64,000 nt of DNA from Parvibaculum sp. (GTDB taxonomy: Bacteria; Pseudomonadota; Alphaproteobacteria; Parvibaculales; Parvibaculaceae): contig NZ_DAOKYX010000002.1 in the NCBI RefSeq assembly GCF_035325945.1, forward strand, positions 13,757 through 77,756, in the 5' to 3' direction. The notes under the pieces are model-generated. The model was not told where the DNA came from and searched no databases. It saw nothing but the letters and a program-made list of their open reading frames with translations. Positions 8,752 to 17,822 of the stretch are shown here, in pieces. Position numbers and translations under genes: made by a program. Each line of letters begins with the position of its first letter. The stretch's first letter is position 1.

Positions 8752-9456
8752 ATGATCAAGGAACGCAATCGGACAAGGGAGTTCGCGCTCGAGGGCATCG
8801 TCCCCTGGGGGCGGCGGCTTGAGGAATATCGCGCCTTTTTCGCGCTCGATGATGTCGCGCCTGGTGCGAGCGTGCTCGACGCGGGCGGCGGGCCTGCTTC
8901 CTTTGCGGCCGAAGCCTGTGCGCTCGGCGCGAATGTCGTCGCAGCGGACCCGATCTACGAGCTTCCCGGCGAGGCGATCCGGCAGGGTTTCGAGGCGACG
9001 CGAGCCGCGATGATGGAGAGCCTGCGCATCGCGCGTTATCGCTTCAGATGGAGCCGCTACGGCTCGCCGGAGGCGCTGGAGCGCATCAGGTGCGAGGCGC
9101 TGGAACTCTTTCTCGCCGATTACGAAGCGCGGCGGGGAACGCGCTACGTCCCGGCGTCCCTGCCGCATCTGCCGTTCGGCAACGATGTCTTCGACCTCGC
9201 GCTTTCGTCGCATCTGCTGTTTCTCTATGGCGACGATCTCGACTGCGACTTCCATGTGGCGGCGGTGCGCGAGCTTGCGCGCGTGGCGCGGGAGGTCCGC
9301 ATCTTTCCGCTGGTCAATCTCGACGGGCGGCCGTCGAGCCACCTTCCGGCCGTGATGGCGGAACTCGAGGCCGCGGGCCTTTTCGCCGATCTCGTGCCGG
9401 TGCCGTTCGAATTTCAGATCGGCGCGACGAGGATGCTGCGCGTGAGGCGGGCGTGA
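8752..9456 (+). CDS. Class I SAM-dependent methyltransferase
   Basis: SAM motif I VLDAGGGPASFA. ATG 8752 has GGAG 6 nt upstream. Alternative starts are ATG 8740 and GTG 8692. Confidence 0.8.
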   Translation: MIKERNRTREFALEGIVPWGRRLEEYRAFFALDDVAPGASVLDAGGGPASFAAEACALGANVVAADPIYELPGEAIRQGFEATRAAMMESLRIARYRFRWSRYGSPEALERIRCEALELFLADYEARRGTRYVPASLPHLPFGNDVFDLALSSHLLFLYGDDLDCDFHVAAVRELARVAREVRIFPLVNLDGRPSSHLPAVMAELEAAGLFADLVPVPFEFQIGATRMLRVRRA

Positions 9457-9463
9457 TGCGTTT

Positions 9464-10333
9464 TCAGAACTGCTCGAAGAAGGCGTCGATGGCGGCGAGC
9501 GCTTCCGGCTCGTCGAGGAAAGGGGCGTGGCCGCGATCCTTCACCGTCACGCATTGCAGCTTGCGATGGCGCATCTCCATGCGCCGGGCCGTCTCGGCCG
9601 AAAGAATGTCGGAATTCTCGCCGCGCGTGACGAGCACGGGCACGGCGGTGAGCACGTTGAACTGCGCCCACATGTCGGGGATTTCGCCCTTCGCAGCCTC
9701 CAGCGTCTTGCGGAGCAGGGCGCCGATCCGCGCGTCATAGTCGAATTTCGGCGCGCCGTTTTCCTCCGCATAGGTCCGATGCGCGAAGGCGTACCATTCC
9801 TCGTTCGTCAGCGCCGGGAATTCACGCTCATTCATCATGCGGAGACGAAAGGCAGCTTCGGTCCAGCTTGCGGGCGCGTCTCCGACGCCCGCATATCCCG
9901 CAATGCGTTTCAGCCCCGCGATCTCCACTTCGGGGCCGATATCGTTCAGCACCGCGCCTTGCACAGCATTCGGGCGCTGCGCGGCCATGAGCATGGTCAC
10001 GATGCCGCCGCGCGACGTGCCGATGAAGACGGCGCGGTGAATGCCGGCCGCGCCCATCAGGTCGAAAATGTCGAGCGCCTCGTTGGCGGGCGTATAGTCG
10101 GCGGCGTTTCTGCAATATTCCGAACGGCCGCGACCGCGAAGGTCGGGGCAGAGGACGCGCCGCGAGGTGGAGAGGCGTTCCGCCAGGGCCGCGAAGTCCT
10201 TGGAATTGCGCGTCAGGCCCGGCAGGCAGATGACGGGCGCCCGCTTCGACGTCCGCGAGCCATAGTCTCTCGCGAAGAGGCGCAGGCCATCCTGCGACGT
10301 ATAGAACAGTTCGCGAAAGGGCATCGGCTTCAC
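9464..10333 (-). CDS. Alpha/beta-fold hydrolase
   Basis: 289 aa. VICLPGLTRNSKDF and the nucleophile elbow GTSRGG are typical of alpha/beta hydrolases. The start overlaps the slt stop (ATGA). Confidence 0.85.
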   Translation of the reverse strand: MKPMPFRELFYTSQDGLRLFARDYGSRTSKRAPVICLPGLTRNSKDFAALAERLSTSRRVLCPDLRGRGRSEYCRNAADYTPANEALDIFDLMGAAGIHRAVFIGTSRGGIVTMLMAAQRPNAVQGAVLNDIGPEVEIAGLKRIAGYAGVGDAPASWTEAAFRLRMMNEREFPALTNEEWYAFAHRTYAEENGAPKFDYDARIGALLRKTLEAAKGEIPDMWAQFNVLTAVPVLVTRGENSDILSAETARRMEMRHRKLQCVTVKDRGHAPFLDEPEALAAIDAFFEQF

Positions 10334-12768
10334 TGTTTGGAGTAGCTGCGCCGTGGCGCCAGGGGAGTGCGGCTCGGCACCTCCATCGCGGAGGTTTTCG
10401 TCTCGGCATCGGCGAGTTTGGCGTCATTGACGCTGCCGCCATCACCTGCGGAGGGGCGGTCCTCCTGCTCGACGACAGGCGCCATTGCGGGGCTTGCCTC
10501 CAGCGGCGAGATCGACGGCGCCTTGCCCGGCATCGGCGCCGGGGTCGTGATCGGCGCGCCCGTGTTGCGGCGCAGATCCTTGGACAGCCGGATGCGCTCG
10601 GCCTTGCCGCTGAGGCGGGTTCTGTAGACTTCGAGGTTTTCCATCACGCGCTGCACATAGTTGCGCGTTTCGGAGAAGGGAATGTTCTCGATCCAGTCGA
10701 TCGGATCGACCGCCGGCGAACGCGGATCGCCGAACTGGCTCGTCCAGTCGGACACGCGGCTTCCGCCCGCATTATAGGCGGCGACGCTCATGATGTAGGA
10801 GCCGGTATAGTTTTCGACGAGGTCGCCGAGATGCGCCGAGCCGAGCATCGCATTATAGGCGGGGTCGGTCGTCAGACGGGATGGCGAATAGGGCACGCTG
10901 ATCTTGCGCGCGACCTGCTTGGCCGTGGCGGGCATGAGCTGCATCAGCCCGCGCGCGCCGGCGGGGCTCACCACGGCCGGATCGAATTCGCTCTCCTGCC
11001 GCGAGAGGCCATAGACGAGCGCCTTTTCGACCAATGGCCCTTTTTCGTGGAATTTCGGCATCAGCGAAACGGGATAGGCGCGCTGCGCGAGCACGATGTT
11101 TCGCTGCGCGGCCGACTTGGCCACGCGGAGCGAGAGTTTCGGGTCGCCGAATTTGACGGCAAGGTCGGAGAGCGCCGCGATCTGCGCCGGCTCGTCCAGA
11201 ATGTCGGCGAGGTGGAGCATGAAGCTCCACATCTGATCGTTGCGGTTGAAATCGTGCAGGATGTGCGCCGCGTGCACGAGTTCGAGCCGCTCGAAGCTCG
11301 CCTTGATGTCCTGTGTCGGCTTCGGGTCGCTTGCGAGGTGCAGGCGCGGCTCGCCGCCGCTCATGCTCGCGAGCGCCGCCGCGCCGAGCTGGCCGTAGAA
11401 GGTCGTGGGGTAGGCCGAAGCCTTGCGGTAATAGAGTTCCGCCACCTTCTTGTCGCCCTGTGCCGATGCGGCGCGGCCGCACCAGTATTCTGCTCGCGCC
11501 TTGCTGATCGGCGTCGACACGGCTTCGTTGAGCTTTGCGAAGTGCGAAAGCGCGGCACCGGCATTGTTAAGGTATTGCAGCGCGATCCAGCCGGACATGA
11601 ACTCGGCGTCGGCATAGTCCGCGCCGCTCTTCAGCCCATGCGCCGAGACGATCTGATAGGCGTCCTTATAGCGGCCCTGCGCCAGCGCCTTCCGGGCCGC
11701 GATGCGACGCTCGATCCACCATGCGTTCGGATCGACCATGCCGTGCGGCTTGTTGGGCGCGGTCAGGATGAGCGGCAGCGATGCCTCGTCATTGCCCCGC
11801 CGGCGCTCATAGCGGATCCGGTCGAAAATGAGGCCCGGATCGTCGTTGAAGCGCGAAGGCACGCGCGAAAGCGCGCTGCCCGCGTCGTTCGATCCCGACA
11901 TGAGCTTGATGCGGGCATTCGCGAGTGCCTGCGCGTCGGCGCCGATCAGGGCGGCGGTCGTCTGGGCGTCGCCCGTCCGCTCGTTCCAGAGCAGCCGGTC
12001 GAGCCGGGCCTTGTGCGTCGAGGCTGTGAGATAGGGGCGGAAACTGGCGAGGATTTCCTTCTGTCGCGCGGGCGTGAAGTCGTCCTCGACCCAGGCGCGC
12101 TGGATCCAGCCCTTGCCTTCCTCCGTCCGCCCGGCGGCGATCAGCGCCTGACCGAAGCGGATCTTGCCCTCGCCGGTTACCGGCGGATGGGCCGTGAACC
12201 AGCCGAGCCGGTCCTGATCCGTCATGGCATAGGCAAGAAGGGCCTCCTCCGCGCGGCGCGAGAGGAGCGCCTGGCGCGGCCAGTCGGGGTTCTGCTCCTG
12301 GAAGGCGACGATCTCGCCAAGGGTTGCGCCGGAATCCTGCGCGACGAGGCGGTTCCAGAGAACGAGCTTCGCGGCGACCGGGTCCTTCAGGCGCTTCATA
12401 TGCCGCATCGCTTCCGGCCAGTTCTTCCGGTCGCCCTCGGCGAAGGCATCGGTCAGGGCCGCGATGTCGTCCTTGGTGAGAAGGGTGGAGGTGACGGTGG
12501 CGAGCTTGTGCTTCGGGCGGGTCGCAGCCTTCGCGTGCTTCTTCTTGTGCGCGGTCGTCCCTGTGTGCTTCGCCGGCTTGGCCTTGCTCGAGGAGGTGGC
12601 GCTCTTCTTCGTGGTCTTGGCCGGCTTGTGCGTAGTTTTGGCGGCGGAGGGCTTTTCGGCCGGCAGAGGCGCGGCGAGAAGCGTGCCGGCCGAGCCGACA
12701 AAAAGACAGGCCGAGGCCAGAATGGCGGCGGCGAAGGCGAAACGCCGGCCGAAATTCAGGCCCTTCAT
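10330..12768 (-). CDS. slt: Soluble lytic murein transglycosylase (Slt70-like)
   Basis: C-terminal SLT catalytic motif LSRQESEFDP...GARGLMQLMPATA. Superhelical repeat region. Signal-like N-terminus from ATG 12766-12768 (MKGLNFGRRFAFAAAILASA). Lys/Thr-rich low-complexity linker. Confidence 0.9.
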   Translation of the reverse strand: MKGLNFGRRFAFAAAILASACLFVGSAGTLLAAPLPAEKPSAAKTTHKPAKTTKKSATSSSKAKPAKHTGTTAHKKKHAKAATRPKHKLATVTSTLLTKDDIAALTDAFAEGDRKNWPEAMRHMKRLKDPVAAKLVLWNRLVAQDSGATLGEIVAFQEQNPDWPRQALLSRRAEEALLAYAMTDQDRLGWFTAHPPVTGEGKIRFGQALIAAGRTEEGKGWIQRAWVEDDFTPARQKEILASFRPYLTASTHKARLDRLLWNERTGDAQTTAALIGADAQALANARIKLMSGSNDAGSALSRVPSRFNDDPGLIFDRIRYERRRGNDEASLPLILTAPNKPHGMVDPNAWWIERRIAARKALAQGRYKDAYQIVSAHGLKSGADYADAEFMSGWIALQYLNNAGAALSHFAKLNEAVSTPISKARAEYWCGRAASAQGDKKVAELYYRKASAYPTTFYGQLGAAALASMSGGEPRLHLASDPKPTQDIKASFERLELVHAAHILHDFNRNDQMWSFMLHLADILDEPAQIAALSDLAVKFGDPKLSLRVAKSAAQRNIVLAQRAYPVSLMPKFHEKGPLVEKALVYGLSRQESEFDPAVVSPAGARGLMQLMPATAKQVARKISVPYSPSRLTTDPAYNAMLGSAHLGDLVENYTGSYIMSVAAYNAGGSRVSDWTSQFGDPRSPAVDPIDWIENIPFSETRNYVQRVMENLEVYRTRLSGKAERIRLSKDLRRNTGAPITTPAPMPGKAPSISPLEASPAMAPVVEQEDRPSAGDGGSVNDAKLADAETKTSAMEVPSRTPLAPRRSYSKQ

Positions 12769-13052
12769 GCGATACTGCCCCCGATCGTGCAACGGCGCGG
12801 TCCAATTCATGCTTCTGCGGCCGTTCACGCTCCCCGCTGGAACGATCGAGCCCCTTAACATCAATCCCTACATACGCTATTCCGCGTCGGATTGTCCTTT
12901 GTCGAGATTACCTTTCTGCTATCAAGCAGGGCAACATGCCAAGGACGAAGGATTTGCCGGATTTGTTGCCGCTTTCGCGGGTTATGGTTATCGTGCGCGC
13001 CGCCTCAAAGGCGGTCAACAAGCCCCGTGGCGGGGCATTGGAGCTATAAAAA

Positions 13053-13928
13053 ATGTTCAAGGGATCGTACGTCGCCCTCATCACCCCATTCCGTGACGGC
13101 AAGGTGGATGAGGAGGCGTTCGCCAAATTGATCGAATGGCAGATCGCCGAGGGCACGGACGGTCTGGTGCCTTGCGGGACGACGGGCGAGTCGCCCACGC
13201 TCTCGCATGAGGAACACCGGCGCGTCGTCGAAATCTGCGTCGAGGTCACGCGCAAGCGCGTGCCCGTCATCGCTGGCGCTGGCTCCAACAACACCGCCGA
13301 GGCGCTCGATCTCATGCGCCATGCAAAGTCCGTTGGCGCGGACGGCGCGCTCTGCGTGACGGGCTACTACAACAAGCCGTCGCAGGAAGGGCTCTATCAG
13401 CACTTCAAGGCGCTGAACGATGCCGTCGACATTCCGATGATCCTTTACAACATTCCCGGCCGCACGATCGTTGACATCAGCGTCGAGACGATGACCCGGC
13501 TCTTCGCCCTGAAGAACGTGGTCGGCGTCAAGGACGCGACGGCGAATCTCGCGCGTGTGAGCCTTCAGCGGCAGGCGATGGGCGCCGAATTCATCCAGCT
13601 TTCGGGCGAGGATGCGACCGCTCTCGGCTTCAACGCGCATGGCGGTCAGGGCTGCATCTCGGTCACGGCCAATATTGCGCCGAGGCTTTGCGCCGAGTTC
13701 CAGAAGGCGACGCTCGCCGGCGACTACCGAAAGGCGCTCGAATATCAGGACCGCCTGCTGCCGCTTCACCATAATCTTTTCATCGAGCCGAGCCCGGGGC
13801 CGGTCAAGTATGCGGCGAGCCTGCTCGGCCTTTGCCGTGACGAATTGCGCCTGCCGCTGGTGCCCGTCACCGCGGAGACTCGCGAGAAGATTCGCGGCGC
13901 GATGCGGCATGCCGGTCTGATCGACTGA
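13053..13928 (+). CDS. dapA: 4-hydroxy-tetrahydrodipicolinate synthase
   Basis: [13 protein letters not shown]...[15 protein letters not shown]. 291 aa with full-length DapA signature. Confidence 0.97.
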   Translation: MFKGSYVALITPFRDGKVDEEAFAKLIEWQIAEGTDGLVPCGTTGESPTLSHEEHRRVVEICVEVTRKRVPVIAGAGSNNTAEALDLMRHAKSVGADGALCVTGYYNKPSQEGLYQHFKALNDAVDIPMILYNIPGRTIVDISVETMTRLFALKNVVGVKDATANLARVSLQRQAMGAEFIQLSGEDATALGFNAHGGQGCISVTANIAPRLCAEFQKATLAGDYRKALEYQDRLLPLHHNLFIEPSPGPVKYAASLLGLCRDELRLPLVPVTAETREKIRGAMRHAGLID

Positions 13929-13950
13929 CGCCAATCAGGACAGAAGGACC

Positions 13951-14448
13951 ATGTCCTCCAAGAGCGGCGGTGCGAAAAAGAAGCTCGGAGACGGCCGGAA
14001 GATCATCGCCGACAACCGCAAGGCGCGCTTCAACTACACGATCACCGATACCTTCGAGGCGGGGATCGAGCTGAAGGGCACCGAGGTGAAGTCGCTGCGT
14101 GTAGGGCAGGGAAGCCTCAACGAGGCCTATGCGCAGGCGACGAAGCAGGGCGAGATCATGCTGGTCAACGCCTATATCCCCGTCTATCTCCAGGCCAACC
14201 AGTTCAACCACGAGACGCGGCGGCCGCGTAAGCTCCTGCTGCACCGCCGCGAGATCGACAAGCTCTCCCAGGCGGTTCTTCGTCAGGGGATGACGCTCGT
14301 TCCGCTCAAGATGTATTTCAACGAAAAGGGACGGGTTAAGGTGGAAATCGGTCTGGCGCAGGGCAAGAAGCTCGCCGACAAGCGCGAGACGGAGAAGAAA
14401 CGCACCTGGGAGCGCGACAAGGCGCGGGTGATGCGCGAGCGCGGCTAG
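13951..14448 (+). CDS. smpB: SsrA-binding protein
   Basis: [13 protein letters not shown]...[13 protein letters not shown]...[13 protein letters not shown]. 165 aa. Confidence 0.97.
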   Translation: MSSKSGGAKKKLGDGRKIIADNRKARFNYTITDTFEAGIELKGTEVKSLRVGQGSLNEAYAQATKQGEIMLVNAYIPVYLQANQFNHETRRPRKLLLHRREIDKLSQAVLRQGMTLVPLKMYFNEKGRVKVEIGLAQGKKLADKRETEKKRTWERDKARVMRERG

Positions 14449-14480
14449 GTTCGAGCGGAGAACATGCACGGGGAGCGGCC

Positions 14481-15152
14481 ATGAGCGAAGAGGGCAAGCC
14501 CGGCCTGCTTGGCCAGATCAAGGACAGGCTGATCCGTTCCAAGGAAAAGACCGCGGCGGAGGGCCGGCACATCACCGGCAGCCCCGACCGGGGACATGAG
14601 CGCCGATTGCCGCCCGGCCAGCACCTCGTCGAGAAGTGGCCTGTGCTCGACCTCGGCATCCAGCCCGAAGTACCACTCGACGAGTGGCGGCTCGTCGTCG
14701 ACGGCGCGGTGGAAGCGCCGCTGACGCTGACCTTCGAGCGGTTCATGGCGCTGCCGCAGTCGCATTTCGTCAGCGACATTCACTGCGTCACCACCTGGAG
14801 CCGCTATGACAATCGCTGGGACGGCGTGTCGTCGCGTTCGATCCTCGAAATGGTGAAGCCGAAGCCCGAGGCGCGGCACGTCATCTTTCATTCCTATGAC
14901 GGCTACACAACGAACATCACGCTCGAGGCTTTCGCCGCGCCGGACGTGATTATCGCCCATAGCTGGGAGGGGGAGCGGCTCACGCGCGAGCATGGCGGAC
15001 CTGTCCGCATGGTGGTGCCGCAATGGTATTTCTGGAAGAGCGCGAAGTGGGTCAGGCGCATCGAGTTCAGCGCCGTCGACAGGCCAGGCTTCTGGGAGCT
15101 GCGTGGCTACCACAATGAAGGCGATCCGTGGACGGAGCAGCGCTATGGCTGA
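14481..15152 (+). CDS. Sulfite-oxidase-like molybdopterin-binding oxidoreductase
   Basis: DIHCVTTWS (Mo-ligand Cys context) and GGPVRMVVPQWYFWKSAKWV, typical of the oxidoreductase molybdopterin-binding domain. 223 aa. Confidence 0.85.
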   Translation: MSEEGKPGLLGQIKDRLIRSKEKTAAEGRHITGSPDRGHERRLPPGQHLVEKWPVLDLGIQPEVPLDEWRLVVDGAVEAPLTLTFERFMALPQSHFVSDIHCVTTWSRYDNRWDGVSSRSILEMVKPKPEARHVIFHSYDGYTTNITLEAFAAPDVIIAHSWEGERLTREHGGPVRMVVPQWYFWKSAKWVRRIEFSAVDRPGFWELRGYHNEGDPWTEQRYG

Positions 15153-15155
15153 AGC

Positions 15156-15812
15156 TCAGGCCTTGTCGAGAAAGGCTCTTATGTCGCGGAAGACGGCGTG
15201 GAACATCTCCGTCGTGAGGCGTCCCGTGTTCGTGTTGTAGCGCGAGCAGTGATAGCTGTCGAAGAGCCGCACGCCGCCGCCTATGTCATGGCTTGCCTGA
15301 TGGGCGAAGGCGGCCTGTGTGCGCTTCACCTGCCGCTCGACGAGCACGCTGTCATGGGCAATGCGGCCGAGCGCGAGCACGGCCTTGAGGCGAGGCAGCG
15401 CGGCGATGCGTGCGGAAAAGAAGGGCAGGCAGGTTCTCGCTTCGAGCGGGGTCGGCTTGTTCTGGGGCGGCACGCAGCGCACGGCATTGGTGATCATGGC
15501 ATCGACGAGCGTGAGCCCGTCATCCGGGCGCGCGGCATAGCTGCCTTTCGCGAAGCCGAATTCGATGAGCGTCGAATAGAGAAGATCGCCCGCATAGTCG
15601 CCTGTGAAGGGTCTGCCAGTCCGGTTCGCGCCCTGAAGGCCCGGCGCGAGGCCGACGATCAGGAGGTGGGCCTTTTCGCTGCCGAAGGAGGGCACGGGTC
15701 CGTTGAACCAGTCCGGATGCGCGTCGCGGTTGGCCTGCCGAAAGGCGACGAGGCGGGGGCAAAGCGGGCAGTCATGCGGCGGCTCCGCCTCCCACTGCTT
15801 CAGGGCTTTCAT
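15156..15812 (-). CDS. Uracil-DNA glycosylase superfamily protein (family 4/5 type)
   Basis: CPLCPRL...LLIVGLAPGLQGANRTGRPFTGD...CSRYNTNTG motifs. 218 aa. Confidence 0.85.
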   Translation of the reverse strand: MKALKQWEAEPPHDCPLCPRLVAFRQANRDAHPDWFNGPVPSFGSEKAHLLIVGLAPGLQGANRTGRPFTGDYAGDLLYSTLIEFGFAKGSYAARPDDGLTLVDAMITNAVRCVPPQNKPTPLEARTCLPFFSARIAALPRLKAVLALGRIAHDSVLVERQVKRTQAAFAHQASHDIGGGVRLFDSYHCSRYNTNTGRLTTEMFHAVFRDIRAFLDKA

Positions 15813-15829
15813 GGGTGCAAGTCCGGAGT

Positions 15830-16453
15830 TCAGGCGCGGGCGGGGAGGTCGTCGTCGTCCTCGTCCTCGTCGTCGTAATAGTCGTCCTCATCCTCCGCGT
15901 GGAGCGGCGCGTGGCTGCGATTGTCCTGATTGCGGCCAAGCGAGCCGCGCAGGGTGTCGAGGTCGATGAACTGGTCGGCCTGACGGCGCAACTCATCGGA
16001 GATCATCGGCGGCGCGCTGCGGATCGTCGAGACGACCGTGACGCGCTTTCCCTTGCGCTGGATGGCGTCGACGAGGCGGCGGAAGTCGCCGTCCCCGGAG
16101 AAGAGAACGAGGTGGTCGATCTTGTCGGCGAGCTCCATGGCATCGACGGCAAGTTCGATGTCCATATTGCCTTTGACGCGGCGGCGGCCGGTGGAATCGG
16201 TGAATTCCTTGGCGGGCTTCGTCACCACCGAGTAACCGTTATAGTCGAGCCAATCGATCAGTGGCCGGAGCGGCGAATATTCCTGATCTTCCAGAAGAGC
16301 CGTGTAATAAAAAGCCCGGACCAATATGCCTTTTGACCGAAAAAGCTCCAGAAGACGCTTGTAATCTATGTCGAACCCAAGTCCCCGCGCGGCTGAATAA
16401 AGGTTGGCGCCGTCGATGAAAAGGGCAATACGTTCCTGCGGGTAAAAACCCAT
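15830..16453 (-). CDS. NYN/LabA-like (PIN-fold) domain protein with poly-acidic tail
   Basis: From ATG 16451-16453: RIALFIDGANLY...LFSGDGDFRRLV motifs. C-terminal tail AEDEDDYYDDEDEDDDD. Confidence 0.85.
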   Translation of the reverse strand: MGFYPQERIALFIDGANLYSAARGLGFDIDYKRLLELFRSKGILVRAFYYTALLEDQEYSPLRPLIDWLDYNGYSVVTKPAKEFTDSTGRRRVKGNMDIELAVDAMELADKIDHLVLFSGDGDFRRLVDAIQRKGKRVTVVSTIRSAPPMISDELRRQADQFIDLDTLRGSLGRNQDNRSHAPLHAEDEDDYYDDEDEDDDDLPARA

Positions 16454-16597
16454 ACTTCTCTCCTTGAAACCCGGTGCAAGCGGAGATTGGAAAATCCATT
16501 TTTCACGCAAGCTTCGATTGCGTGTGTGAATAGCGCCAAACTATAGAAGTACTCGTGATTTGGGAACGGATATCGAAATCGTGCTGAGCGGGCCGCA

Positions 16598-17146
16598 ATG
16601 ATCCTTGTCGGAATGGGGGCAAATCTGCCCACGGCGCATGGCGACCCCCTTGCGACGCTGCATGCGGCGATCGAGGCCATGCCTTCATTCGGCGTCGATG
16701 TCGTCCGGCGGTCCTCCTTCTACCGCACGCCCGCCATGGCGGCCTATGCGCAGCCGCCCTATGTGAATGCCGTGATCGTCGTGGAGAGCGCCTTGCCGGC
16801 AGAGGAGCTTCTCCAGACGCTCCACCGGATCGAGGCGCAGTTCGGGCGGGTGAGGCTCGTCCGCTGGGGGGAGCGCACGCTTGATCTAGATCTTTTGGAT
16901 TATAGTGGCATGGTTCTGCCACCGAGGCATCCCCAGGGGCTTCAGGCGGGGACGGGGCCTATTCCGCTCTGCCTGCCGCATCCCGGCATCTGCGAGCGCG
17001 GCTTCGTGCTCGTTCCGCTGGCTGAGGTCGCGCCGGAATGGCGCCATCCGGTCGATGGCGAGGGCGCGGCCGCCCTGTTGCGGCGCCTCATTGCGGAACA
17101 GGGCGAGGCCGCAATGGCCGGGATCGAGCGCCTGACTTCAGGATGA
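16598..17146 (+). CDS. folK: 2-amino-4-hydroxy-6-hydroxymethyldihydropteridine diphosphokinase
   Basis: ILVGMGANL...SSFYRTPA...WGERTLDLDLL...PHPGICERGFVLVPL, the HPPK signature. Confidence 0.9.
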   Translation: MILVGMGANLPTAHGDPLATLHAAIEAMPSFGVDVVRRSSFYRTPAMAAYAQPPYVNAVIVVESALPAEELLQTLHRIEAQFGRVRLVRWGERTLDLDLLDYSGMVLPPRHPQGLQAGTGPIPLCLPHPGICERGFVLVPLAEVAPEWRHPVDGEGAAALLRRLIAEQGEAAMAGIERLTSG

Positions 17147-17275
17147 ACCCATGGACAAACCCATGGAATGAGCCAAATCGGGGGCCTAACGCCCTGTTTT
17201 TTCTTGCTTCCCCGAGGGCCAGACCCTACATACTCGGCAAAACCTTTTCCCTGACCTATTGCGGAGTTCCGATCC

Positions 17276-17698
17276 ATGGCGCGTGTGACCGTTGAAGACT
17301 GCGTCGACAAGGTGCCGAACCGTTTCGAGCTCGTGCTGCTTTCGGCCCATCGTGCCCGGGCCATGTCGGCTGGCGCGGAGTTGACGGTCGATCGCGACAA
17401 CGACAAGAACCCGGTGGTGGCGCTGCGCGAGATCGCGGAACGGACCATCGCGCCGGACGATCTGCGTGAGGATCTGATCGGCAGCATGCAGAAGCGCGTC
17501 GAGACGGAAGAGCCCGAGGTCGAGAGCCTGCAGCTTCTGACCTCCGGCGAGGTCGCGGCCTCCGAGATCGACACTTTCGGCGCGGCCGGCGGCGGCGACC
17601 GGATGAGCGAGGAGGAGCTTCTCCGCGCGATCCAGAACCAGATCGACTCTCCGCAGCAGAAATCGGCCGATGCCGACGACATGGATGCGGAAGACTGA
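17276..17698 (+). CDS. rpoZ: DNA-directed RNA polymerase subunit omega
   Basis: [28 protein letters not shown]. 140 aa with an acidic C-terminal extension. Confidence 0.95.
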   Translation: MARVTVEDCVDKVPNRFELVLLSAHRARAMSAGAELTVDRDNDKNPVVALREIAERTIAPDDLREDLIGSMQKRVETEEPEVESLQLLTSGEVAASEIDTFGAAGGGDRMSEEELLRAIQNQIDSPQQKSADADDMDAED

Positions 17699-17748
17699 GA
17701 GAAGGCCAAAGGCGGAAGGATGAGGTTCCGCTGCCGAGCGTAATCGAG

Positions 17749-17783
17749 CGCCGCCCCGGCCGGAAGGTGAGGGCGGCGTTTTT
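17749..17783 (+). terminator. Intrinsic terminator-like hairpin between rpoZ and spoT
   Basis: cgccgccc (17749-17756) pairs with gggcggcg (17771-17778) across a 14-nt loop, followed by ttttt (17779-17783). Confidence 0.5.
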
Positions 17784-17822
17784 GTGTGCGTGAGGCGGAT
17801 CGGGTGGACGAACGGGTGAGCG

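Noticed and set aside
17147-17167. Direct repeat acccatgga-caa-acccatgga right after the folK stop
   Set aside because: Only two 9-nt copies, and each is mostly the CCATGG palindrome. There is no further periodicity or obvious function.
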